DNA of 64,000 nucleotides from positions 12,524,001 through 12,588,000 of the forward strand of contig JANJGN010000017.1 in NCBI GenBank assembly GCA_026770705.1, read 5' to 3'. Below are positions 1 to 11,639 of the stretch, piece by piece. The stretch's first letter is position 1. Each line of letters starts with the position of its first letter. Source of the DNA: Isurus oxyrinchus (taxonomy: Eukaryota). A program made the position numbers and the translations under genes. The notes beneath the pieces were generated by a model. It was given only the letters and a program-made list of their open reading frames with translations, made no database searches and was not told where the DNA came from.

Positions 1-44
1 TTTACGAAGGAATTAATTGATTAAATAAAAATAAAGTCTATCAT

Positions 45-422
45 GACTTTTCAAAGCACTTTACAACCAATCAAGTACTTTGTTATAGCTTAGGAAATCA
101 ACAGCCAATTTTTTATGCACAGCAAGCTCCCACAAAAAGCAATGTGATGACAACCAGATAATTGGTTTTAGTGATTTTAGTTGAGGGATAAACATTGGTC
201 AGGACACCGGAGGAACACCACTATTCTTTGAATGGTGCCACACGATTTTTACATACACCTGAGGAAGCAGACATCTCAGTTTAACGTCTCATTCAAAAGA
301 TGACACTTCCAATAGCGCAACACTTACTCAGTACTGCACTGGAGTGCCAGCTTTGATATCTGCACTCAAATCGGGCTTGAACCCACAACCTAACTCAGGC
401 AAGAATGCTACCAACTGAGCCA
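45..422 (-). mobile_element. tRNA-derived SINE with Deu-like domain
   Basis: Minus strand starts GTGGCTCAGTTGGTAGCA...GGTTCAAGCCC (A/B boxes), followed by a Deu-domain-like core (GATGAGACGTTAAAC-like) and a tail like the copy at 28258. Confidence 0.7.
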
Positions 423-777
423 CACCTGACAAGTGTTATGAAAAAGCAGGAAAATTGGACAAAAATAGGTAACTCTAGTATAGAAATAGCACATGCATGA
501 TGAAACAAATAGCCTCCTATTGATATTATGATCAAGAATTGCATCTGGACCTGTGTACATTTATTTGGCACCTATCGTTCCATACTTTGCACTCAGAAAC
601 AATAGACTGCAATCTCTCCACTTATTCGTTCCAAGACTGCATTTGTAGATTTTGAAATGTGCAGAAACAAAATGGTTCTTTTTTTACAATCAATTGTACT
701 GCAACACATTTAAGTCAAAAGCAAGAGTAGAAAAATAGTCAACTCTCAGTTAGATTTTTTAACCTTGTTAACATTAC

Positions 778-834
778 CTTCAGCAGGGTTCATGGCCGCA
801 TCATGAAATAAAGTCGCCACACATCCTGCTGCAC
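778..834 (-). CDS. SLC25A28: Mitoferrin-2 coding exon 3 (57 bp); missed by the ORF track
   Basis: ttgcag|GTGCAGCAGGATGTGTGGCGACTTTATTTCATGATGCGGCCATGAACCCTGCTGAAG|gtaatg encodes (G)AAGCVATLFHDAAMNPAE. Phase is compatible with exon 2. The final exon is not in the window. Confidence 0.95.
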
Positions 835-1416
835 CTGCAAAAGAAACTCCACATGTGAGTATGGGTGAAGGTCACCCAGAGCTACCAATGCTACTGGGGA
901 AACTTTATCCCAAGTCAAGAATCCTAACATTACAGCACCAACCACAATCAAGTGCAAGGATCCCCGGTGCAGAGCAATCACACTTCAATGCAGAATTGTT
1001 ACTATTTTAAATCACCGATTGGACGCATTAAATCCAACCATTTCCCTACTGGCATCCATTTGTTAAAGAGCTGTTCACAAACATATTGGTGAGCAGTTGC
1101 CTCATCCACACATCCAGCTTAGTAGAGGAAAATAGGTAGGTGGGTTTTGGGGGGGGGGGGGGGTTGTGCGGAAAGAGACATTTGATTAATTTTAATCCAT
1201 AGCGACCACTGTCTCTACAAAGCCCAGAAAGCCAATTCATCATCTTCAATATTCAACTCATTTAATTATTTCCCCTAGTCTTTAACACCTTGCTCAGAGT
1301 GAACTTCCCCACACACTACAGGAAGAGCAATTCAGGCAAGATGGTGCCAATTTCTCTCTCTCCTGCTAAGACACACATCTAATTTCTGTAGAGTATCCTA
1401 CTGAGAAGAAGAGAAC

Positions 1417-3390
1417 AGTGCATCTTGTAGACATGGTACACACTGCTATTGCACGTCGGTGGTGAAATGAATATTTGTGGATGTGCTGCCAATCAAGCTG
1501 CTGCTTTGCTCTGGACGGTGTCCTGCTTTTTCAGTGTTGTGGGAGCTGCACTTATCCAGGCAAGTGGAGTATTTCAGCACACTCCTGACTTGTGCCTTGT
1601 AGACAATGAACACGCTTTGGGGAGTCAGGAGGTGAGTTACTCATCACAGGATTCCTAGCCGCTGACCTGCTCTTGTAGCCACAGTATTTATATGACTAAT
1701 CCAATTAAGTTTCTGGTCAATTGTAACCCCCAAGTTGTCGATAGTGACGGTAATGCCACTGAACATCAAGTGGCAATGGTTGGATTCTCTCTTGTTGGAG
1801 ATGGTCATTGTCTGACACTCGTGTGGTGCGAATGTTACTTGCCACTTGTCAGCCCAAATCTGGATATTGTCCCAGGTTTTGGTGCATTTGGACAGGGACT
1901 GCTTCAGTATCTGAAGAGTCACGAATGGTGAACATTGTGCAATCATCAGCAAGCATCCCCACTTCTGATCTTATGATGGAAGGAAGGTCATTGATGAAGC
2001 AGCTAAGATGGTTGGGCCTAGCATGCTACCCTGAGGAACTCCTGCAGTGATGCCCTGGAGCTGAGAGGTCTGACCTCCAACAACAGCTACCATTTTCCTT
2101 TGTACTAAGTATGACTCCAACCAGCAGTTTTCCCTGATCCCCATTGACTCCAGTTTTGATAGGGCTCCTTGATACCACACTCGGTCAAATGCTGCCTTGA
2201 TGTCAAGGGCAGTCACTCTCACCTCTGGAGTTCAGCTCTTTTGTCCATGTTTGAACCAAGGCTGTAATGAGGTCAGAAGCCGAGTGGCCCTGGAGGAACC
2301 CAAACTGGGAATCAGTGAGCAGATTATTGCTAAGCAAGTGCCACTTCATAGCATTGTTGATGACCCCCTTCCATTAGTTTACTGAAAATCGAGAATAGAC
2401 TGATGGGGCAGTAATTGGCCGGGTTGGATTTGTCCTGCTGTGTACACACAGGACATAGCTGAGCAATTTTCCACATAGCCAGGTAGATGTCAGTGTTGTA
2501 ACTATACTGAAACATCTTGGCCAGGGCCACAGCATGTTCTGGAGCACAAGCCTTCAGTACTACTGCCGGAATATTGTCAGGGCCCATAGCCTTTCCAGTA
2601 TCCAGTGCCTTCAGCTGTTTCTTGATATCAAATGGAGTGAATCGAATTGGCTGAAGACTGGCATCTGTGATGCTGGGGACCTCCAGAGGAGGCCAAGATG
2701 GATCATTCACTCGGTACTTCTAGCTGAAGATTGCTGCCAATGCTTCAGCCTTATCTTTTGCACTGATGTGCTGGGCTCCTCAATCATTCAGGATGGGGAT
2801 ATTTGTGGAACCGCATCCTCTGGGGGTTTGTTTAATTGTCCACCACCATTCACAACTGGATGTGGCTTAGATCTGATCTGTTGGTTGTGATCGCTTAGCT
2901 CTATCTATCGCTTGTTACTTGGCATGTAAGTAGTCCTGTGTTATAGCTTCACCAGGTTGACACCTCATTTTTAGGTGTGCTTGGTGCTGCTCCTGGCATG
3001 CCCTCCTGCACTTTTCATTGAACCTGGGTTGATCCCCTGGCTTGACGGTAATGGTGCAGTGGGGGATATGCCTGGCTACGAGATTACAGATTGTGTTTGC
3101 GTCCAATTCTGCTGCTGCTGATGGCCCACAGTGCCTCATGGATGCTCAGTCTTGAGTTGCTAGATCTGTTTGAAATCTATCCCATTGAGCATGGTGGTAG
3201 TGGCACCCAACACGATGGAGCGCATCCTCAATGTGAAGGCAGGACTTATGTCGACAATGACTGTGCGGTGGTCACTCCAACCAATACTGTCATGGACAGA
3301 GGCATCTGCGGCAGGCAGGTCAGAGAGGATGTGGTCAACTATGTTTTTCCCTCACCACCTGCCACAGACCCAGCCTAACAGCTACGTCCA
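1417..3390 (-). mobile_element. Degenerate CR1-clade LINE, ORF2 RT region
   Basis: Frameshifted ORF pieces KSNPANYCPISL, ALDIKAAFDRVWY, GVPQGSMLGP and WADKWQVTFAPHECQ. Confidence 0.88.
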
Positions 3391-6300
3391 GGGTCTCTGA
3401 GTTCCTAGTCCAGCGACAATACCACTACACCATCGTTTGTGCGTGTTGTTGCTGAAGGGGGCGGGTAAACAGGAGGGTAAAAGGGGAATATTTTAGCGGG
3501 GGGGGGGGGGGGGGAGGAGGAGGAAAAAAGTTCCGACTCTTGATCATTAACTAGCCCCCTGTTGGGCACGTCCACCAAGTGAGAACATGAACTGGTTGGG
3601 TTCTAAATGAATAATGATCATGTGAGATTCTGCGTGAGGATAGCCAGAACCCATGGGATTGCATAACAGCAGAGTCAGGAATTGAGGGAAGAACAAAACA
3701 CTGCTAGAGCAATCTTTTATTCAGATTTGCAACATATTCAAATAAATGTTGCCTAACCTCAAAGTAGCGAAGCTTGATGGCCAATCATTGTAGTGCATCA
3801 ATACACCACTCAACTCTAGAATTTCTCTTTCCCCAAGTCTGATTCTAACCAGGAGGATTCACTCTCCAACAGTTGTTCATGGTTCACAAGTGCAACTAGC
3901 TCTGGCCACTACCAATAGCTCCTGGCTTATAAATGCATCGCAACAAAAAAAAACTGCTACAACTTCAGCAGCCACAGAAGCCATATGATGTGCTGAGCTG
4001 AAAGATCTTGCTGACTTCAAGTCTTTTTTAAAATATGTCAATGCATAATTGTTTCTTCTAGTAAACCAGCAAGAAAATAAGCATCTAAAAATGACTAAGA
4101 CATGATCAGATGTCCAATGTCATAGTGTGTGTAAACATATAGTGCAGCCCTTCCTAATTAGCACTTTTTGGGGAAGACTCTTCAGTTAATTATTGGTCAA
4201 CAATTTAAAAATCACGAACCAAAAAGGGAAAAAACATACCAGTGTTTTACTTACCAAACATTATGTAACCTGAAAAATTAAATAGGCACAAGGGACAAGA
4301 GGGAGGGGATGGAGAACAGTGTGTAGCTGGATAAAAAATGCCAAAATGACAGTTACCAGCTCTTAAGAAAAACACTAACCATGTATTTATGCAAAACATA
4401 CTAAGTTATAAAACTTCAAATGCTACATGATTTATTTGCTCCTCACACTTTAAAACTTGCAAGTTACTGCAGATTCTTCAGCAATGGCATTAGCAAGCAA
4501 TTCAACCACTCAAAGACACAGGCAGTACTTGGCTGAAGAGAATCATCATGACATTTTAGCTGGGAAATTTAGAAAATATAGCCAGCAAGATTGCAGACAG
4601 GAAAGCAATGAGAAAACCAGGGAAATGTTATCCTTTGGATGACACATCCAATAGTTGTTTTGTACCAACTCACAATTTACATACAGGCTCTGTTCCCAAA
4701 ACCTCTACCCCACCACCAAAACAAGTTTAAAATTGAAACTTCTATACAGTACTGTGCTTGGTGGAGAGGGGGCGTTGTGGAGACAGAGGAGAAGTAAAGA
4801 AATAAATGTATGAGTGTACGAGTTACTTAAGGCAACATCACACTTGACTCATTGGGAAGCAAACATCAAGGGAACACAGCCCAGCTAAATGAACAGTGCA
4901 GAAACTCAAATCAAGCACCATGCTAAGCTCAATACTAAAACTTCAATCTCCAAAATACATTTTTTGAAAAAAGGACAATTCTCTTTTGAAAGATGCACCA
5001 CTAGATGGAGCATGGTTTGTGGATAAAATAAGACCTGCAGAACTTTATCTGTTCCACAAAAAGCATACTTGGATACCCAGGGAATAGGAAGAAAAATGAA
5101 TAATGCTTTACAGCCGAAGGAATGTTGAGAGGGAGAGAAGTTCATGAGAGAAGTTCAAGTGGTAAGGTATGTGTAGATTGGAACCGGAATGATTAAAGTT
5201 CTGGAAGTAATATTTGTATTTAGCAAAAATAGTTCTGATTAAACAAAATAAAGGTAGAATACAAATAATTCAGCATAAACAGGTAGTAAAGTCCAGGTCA
5301 TAATGAACCAGGTTTTAGTGATATAACAGTTGTAAGTTAAAGCACAGATGGGACAGGGGTGTATAAAATAGTGGTACAAGAGAACTCATCCTCAAACTAA
5401 CTGTGTCATTAAAAGCAAGTTAATAAGTCAAATCTGCACCACCTACAGATAAGAAAGGAAGGAACATTCACCTTTTGAATTTCTACCCCAAAGATGGAAT
5501 TTGGGTGTTACTTGCTATTAAAGTATACTATACGTTGAACAGAAAAGCTAAGTCACGAAAGGTAATAAACCTGCAATAAAGTCTGTTGGAAAATTCAATG
5601 TGTACTTATGTTGCTACTGTAACCCATTTTTAATTATTAAAAAACTTGATTTTACCAAGAATAATGAATATTTGGAAGTGTCAAAAGCTGTACTATATTG
5701 TGAGGAATATAGTTTCCATAAATGTTTAGTATGAACTGAGATGAACTGAGCTACAATATCAATTAATTTCACTGAAAGCATCTTAGAATTTGCAGCACAG
5801 AAAAAGGCCACTTGGCCTAATTTGTGCTCCACAAGCCTCCTCCCACCTCACTTCATCTCACCCCAACATATCTTTCTCTTCCCTTATGTACTTATCTAGT
5901 CCCTTAAATACATCAATGATATTCAACTCAATTACAAGCACCAGTGAGTTTCACAACATTGCAAACTTGTTTTTTTCCCCCTTTCTTTAAAAACAGACAT
6001 TTTGCACTTTGGGCCAGATTGTTCAGCCAGTGAAAATATCCATATAAATTATATCATTCTTCGAGCTGTTGGCAGGCAACATGTTTCCAGCATGTCATAG
6101 CCACATGTACACGGGCTTTCTTGTATTTATTCGCATTTAATAGCTTGAAGTCTTGCTGTTTATACCCATGGTGAGCAAAAGACACAAAATTATGATGTGT
6201 TAAAGTAGTATCCCAGATAGCACAGTATCAAAAGTGTGCTATATTTAGCTGGGTTTACCCAATCTAATAGGACCCAACATGTATTCTCTATTCAGAATCA

Positions 6301-6555
6301 CAACGTGCAAAACTAAGTTACATCACAGCAATGAACTAAAAAAAAAATCAAGGCTAGAAAAAGACTAACATGCTTACAGGAAGGCAGATTAGTAGATTTA
6401 AAACCAGGACAGCACAAGTAGTTTTCAGCATTAGGTGAACATTCTGGTCAAGGCACCTGCACAGAGCATTAAGAGATTACATGAAAGAAACAAACGGGAA
6501 GAAGGGGCATAAGGGTGCTTAACTGAAGAAGAATCACTGAAGTAGTAATTAATAC

Positions 6556-6784
6556 CATTAGCTATGTGACTATTGCCACCCGGATGAATGGTATCACTCA
6601 GTGTCTTTTTAATTTTTTCATAGCACGCAAAGTAGAGGGCATGTGCCGGCCCAGCACCAGTGGCAGTCACATTTAAACCCCTCATTGGCCTCCAAAATCC
6701 TTCGGTGCGAACAATCCTCTTCAAGGCATCCATTACATTCCTGTACCGGGCAGCAGGGTCTGGCTGCAGGCTCTGCATTCGCGT
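6556..6784 (-). CDS. SLC25A28: Mitoferrin-2 coding exon 2 (229 bp)
   Basis: Acceptor tttcag|ACG CGA ATG. Encodes [88 protein letters not shown] and [11 protein letters not shown] are MFRN2-like rather than MFRN1-like. Donor G|GTATTA (phase 1). Confidence 0.96.
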
Positions 6785-7224
6785 CTGAAATCAAAGAACA
6801 AGATAGATATTTAAAACAACTGTGAAAACTAACACCTATTTGCGAACTACAGCAAACACTCCTTAAAAATGGAGCTCCAGCAGAAATACAACTAAGCATC
6901 AGGTCCAATTACTAATCTGACTCAATAAGTAGAATACAATTGGCTTCTGAACAATTCAGGCTTGGGAAAAATATATTGTTCCTAAATCCCACAATAACCT
7001 TTGAAGAAAGTGGCTTGGCCATTCTTCTGGATTCTGTTGGAGCCTACTATAAATTCTGTGCAATTTTCTTCTGCTCTCCAAGCCCACTAAAAAGATAAAT
7101 TAAAGTTTTAAAAGTGTACATCTTTGGCATAAACACTAGAAAGTAAAGTAGAATTTTAATAATCTATTCAAGTTATTCATGAAATATATGTTGCGTGTTT
7201 CAGACTTAACAGTGATTTCGTCTA

Positions 7225-7426
7225 AAACAAACAAATACTGCAGATGCTGGAAATTTGAAATAAAAAACAGAAAACACTAAACACTCAGGTCAGGTAGCAA
7301 CTAGAGAGGGAAACAAGAGTTCATCAGACTAGGTCATAGGTCATCAACCTGCAACATTAAACATTTGCTGCCTCCATGGATGCTGCCTGACCTGCTTAGT
7401 ATTTCTAGCATCATCTGTTTCTATTT
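7225..7426. mobile_element. Degenerate fold-back pair of Penelope-like 3' ends
   Basis: The left arm (actgcagatgctggaaat...caggtcaggtagca) is the reverse complement of the right arm (tgctgcctgacctgct...atttctagcat). An HHR-core remnant ttcatcagact (AGTCTGATGAA on -) is at ~7320. Confidence 0.6.
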
Positions 7427-9290
7427 ATAGTAATTTAATCTAGTTATTTTTCCCCTAAACCTTTAAAGGGCAGTTTTAAAAGCAATTTATTTTAGTTTAG
7501 CTCACTGGAAAATAAAGCAGCTCAATTCAAAGGTTACTGAATATCATTTAAAAATAATGCAGTCTTGAGGTCTCAACAAGGGTAACATTTCATAAAGACC
7601 TATATGGAAATGTAATTTGATATTTCAAATGGTGGGGTTAGGCTATCTACCCCATTGTCCTTTACAAAATGCATCTTTTCGGAGGTTATCCAGTTTACAA
7701 TGAGGAATATATATCTAGTACATCCGAGTGAAACCCAGTTGTCATTAACTCCTTGAAATTTACTCAGTGGATAGAGGCAAATCTTTTCAATGACTATTTG
7801 TGCAAATAGTTAATCATCACTGGAAAATTTATTATACAATATTCATAGCATGATGCTACATTACAACAATGACTACACTTCAAAAAGTACTTCTTTGGCT
7901 GTAAAGCACTTTGAGAATCCAGCAGTTATGAAAGGTGTTATATAAATTCAATATTTTATTTTCCTTACGTGAATATTCAAATTGGAAATGCAGTATTTTC
8001 CACAGGAAAAAGTAAAAACATTGGATTCCTTAGTAATCAGATGTCTCATGCCTGCCAAGTAAGTGATAATTACTCAAGGTCTTAAACAGTCACGTACAAG
8101 AGAAGACTGACATGCTAGTTTTCTGCACGAGATTCTTAAAAGCTTTCTTAATCCTGGCTACTGGGGTGGTGCTGATTTTGATCAATTGTTTCCACACTAG
8201 TTCTCTTAACTGAATTAAAAGGCCATTTTTCATGTAAACCTACACATGTAAACCTGGCACGTTCTTCAGGAGAACATGAGACCAATGCAGCCCAGGAAGG
8301 TGTAAAAGAGAAAGGAGGGAAAATCTCATCATCATCCAACGTTCTAACTCTTGCCTTTCAAACAGCAGGCAATGGATAAGAATCAGAAGTGACAACATTG
8401 GTTAATTTATCCTCATCCTCATCTTGGAGCACAGGCAGCAATTGTAGTTCCCTTACTGTTAGTCTTACTGAAATGATTTTGGGTTTGTGATTAGTCGAAG
8501 CCCAGGCCTTAGCTGAAACTTCGAGTGCCACATTAATATTCGCAAAAGTTACCCTTATAAAATGACGCTGAAATGATGGATTTAATTACATCCTTAGTAT
8601 AATATCCAGTAGGCACACTCACCAGAAAAATACACTTCACATTAAGCTACAAAACATAGTTCCAGCTTACTTATGATGAGACTGATTCAGAAATGGTACT
8701 GCATTAATGTAAAATCAAAATCTCAGGTCAGTAACTTACCTCTTTACCCCCACCCAACCCCCAAACAACAGCTCTACTCAGCTCCCATGAATCAAACATC
8801 AAAGCTTTTATATATTTGCTTTTTTGGTGAAAAAGGAGTTGGTTAAAGTGGATAACAAACAGCATCAGTCAACAAGAATCCACAAAACCCATGAACAGTA
8901 AGGCACTTGATTCTTTTAAAAGATCTTTTATAATAGAGAATTACTAGTAACAGCTGTTATAAATTCAGAGTTTTGTCTTTCTGTGGTTAGAGGCAGCAAA
9001 CCTCATGTACAAGACAGGACGTTAAATCAACTGGGATTCCAATTTCGCCAGCAAAAGGCCATTGAAATCTTTCTCCCCATTACCAAAACTGCATATTTTT
9101 ATGCAATAGCTTGCACAGTCCATTTTTTACAAACACTATTGCAATCTTGTACAAGACCAAAGAGGAGCAAGAGCCTTCTGTTATTCGTGGTCAGGTTTTC
9201 TGCTTCTGCCTTCACTTTTTGTTCACACCAAATGGTGCAACTGAAGCCCAAAGAGGAGTCAGCATCATCTTTTTGCCAATATTTGATGTT

Positions 9291-11152
9291 CAGTGACGAT
9301 TATCTGATGATTCACCTAAGGCAGTTACATTCACAGTACAAACCAAATTATTTAAGCCTCTAGTTGCTGTTGTGATAAAAGGACACTGGAAAACATTTTC
9401 ACATGAAAAGACAAGGGACAGTTTGATCAACCCAAAATGGATTTGAGCACCAGTTTTATCTAGCTAAACTACTTCCTTTAATACTTTCCAACATAACTGC
9501 ACTTTTGGAGTTCCACGTGTCAGCTTGGCTCAATCCTAGCAGCTGTCAGGTGACAGCTAAGGCTGACTTCAGTGTAATACTGAAGGTACCTTTCAGATTA
9601 ACATAAAATTAGCCTGGCACCATTTCATTAGGAGTGAAGGAATTCTCCCAGTCAACATTTATACCTCAACCAACACCACCAAAACTGTATTTTTACAAAA
9701 TTTATATATTCACTTAGCTACATAACTATTAGCACACTTCAAAAGTAATTAATTGGCTGTAAACTACTTGCATATTTTAATTAGGTTGATACAAGTGACA
9801 AGTTGCCCCATTGTAACCAAACAGGCAACAGAACTACAAGTGCCCCATTTACAGAGGCTGCAATCAAATGCAATTTTTAGCACCTGGATGGTTTGGGTAG
9901 CAGACTGTATGCAGCAACAGGACATCCAGTCAACAAAACAGCTGGCCACATCGAACCCACTCTGTCACCATCCAGTACATCACAAACTAACTTCACAGCC
10001 AAATATTCTCTACTCCACCAGGCTGGTTGCTACTTCTTGGATTCCGATTAGGCTTCAACAAAAGGTAGGTAGCATCTGCAATGTCTTGCCAAAAAAGAAA
10101 CTGCCTGTCATCAGGCATGCACGCCATTTCGGAAGATCCTCTGCCTTGCTACCGCCACTCCCCAACTCCTCCACCCTGCTATCACAGGGTCTGAAGGGAG
10201 AAAGTCCCGGTCTGCGTATGAAGGAACAAAAGCACCCAACCACCCTTCCCTAAGCTGGAGACTCAAGCTGCAGAAGCCCAATGCTTCCTTTCCTTCCACC
10301 CAACTTGCCCCATGCCCCAGAATGCTCGCACTGAATCTGGGTGATCAACTCAGAGGAAGGAATCAAGCTGATTACAGCAAAGCAGCCACCAGTTGGATTA
10401 TGACCGGTCAACCCCTACAAGATAACCACCTCAGCAGTCTTGTTCAGCATCCTAGATAAGCTGTGACTTTTGATGTTGAGCCTTTTCATTAGCTAGGTAT
10501 CCTTAGTAGGGCCCAAGTAGACTTCTAGATACAGGTAGGTGGTGGTCCAGGAGAACTCAGACACAGAATCCAACTACAACAAAACTTACCAAGTGTCCAG
10601 AGGATTTGACCCAAATCTATCCTTGGAGAATACAACTGCTGCCACTCTCACATTCTCTGCCAAGTCAGTGAGACACATGACTGAGGACCAAGTTATAAAT
10701 TGAGAGAATGAGCTCATTCCCAACTCATGCAGTGACAGGTCAGGCAGCCTCTCTCAAAGAGATCAGGAAAATCTCCAAGCAGATAGAAAATAGCTGGCTG
10801 GACATGGGTCTTCCCTGTGACTCTCCCCTCAAAGTTCAGAGTGTCAACAAAGATCCATTAACTTTCATCTGAAAAGGTACCTTCAATATTACAGCTTTAA
10901 CTGTCACCTGACAGCTGCTAGGACTGAGCCAAGCTGACACATGGAACTCCAAACATGCAGTTCTGTTGGAAAGGGAGTAGTTTAACTGGATAAAACTGGT
11001 GCTCAAACCCATTTTGGGTTGATCAAACTGTCCCTTGTCTTTTCATGTGAAAATGTCTTCCTTTTATCACAACAGCAACTAGAAGCTTAATTAGTTCACT
11101 AATTTGGTTTGCACTGTAAATATCTTAGCTGAGTCGCCAGATAATCGTCACT
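9291..11152. repeat. Long inverted repeat: arms ~9291-9598 and ~10867-11152, spacer ~1.27 kb
   Basis: For example acatgaaaagacaagggacagtttgatcaacccaaaatgg (9401-9440) versus ccattttgggttgatcaaactgtcccttgtcttttcatgt (11009-11048). Similarity continues across both arms with small indels. Confidence 0.92.
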
Positions 11153-11639
11153 AATTAAACTTTTCCAACTTCCACTCAGTCCACAATTTTAATAGAGAAT
11201 TTTCATTTGCACTATGGATGTGGGACAAGTTCACAGCAGCTCCAACGCATTATCTTCCCTTTGCTGGCAGTTTTATTTTTGCTCATCTGAAAAGTAAATC
11301 TTGGACCTACAGCCAGATGGGATACAAAGTACTGCACTGGGTGCATGAGGCTGCTTAATTTGGAGTTTGGTGAGCGAGGGAGTCTCTTGAAGACAGGAAG
11401 GTGGTGCTCCTCTCTTTTTGTACCTTTCACCAGCCTCCAGTACCTGGCTTTCTTAGCTACAGGGGAAGAAGCTGATTGAATGTCACAGGAGCCAATAAAG
11501 CAAAGGAGAGAGCCAGGAGTTTATAGATAAAGTCTAAAAGTAACATCACAGGAGTCCCAATAATTGATATATTACTAAAAATGGGCCTTTCTGGACTTAG
11601 CACAGAAGACATGATTGGTGAGTGACAGGCCAATTATAC

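Noticed and set aside
790-981. 63-aa minus-strand ORF overlapping exon 3
   Set aside because: It is in a different frame from the mitoferrin exon and is mostly intronic.
9753-10253. 166-aa ORF between the inverted-repeat arms (possible transposase or cargo)
   Set aside because: Non-ATG start, no recognisable motif, and it begins in a SINE tail.
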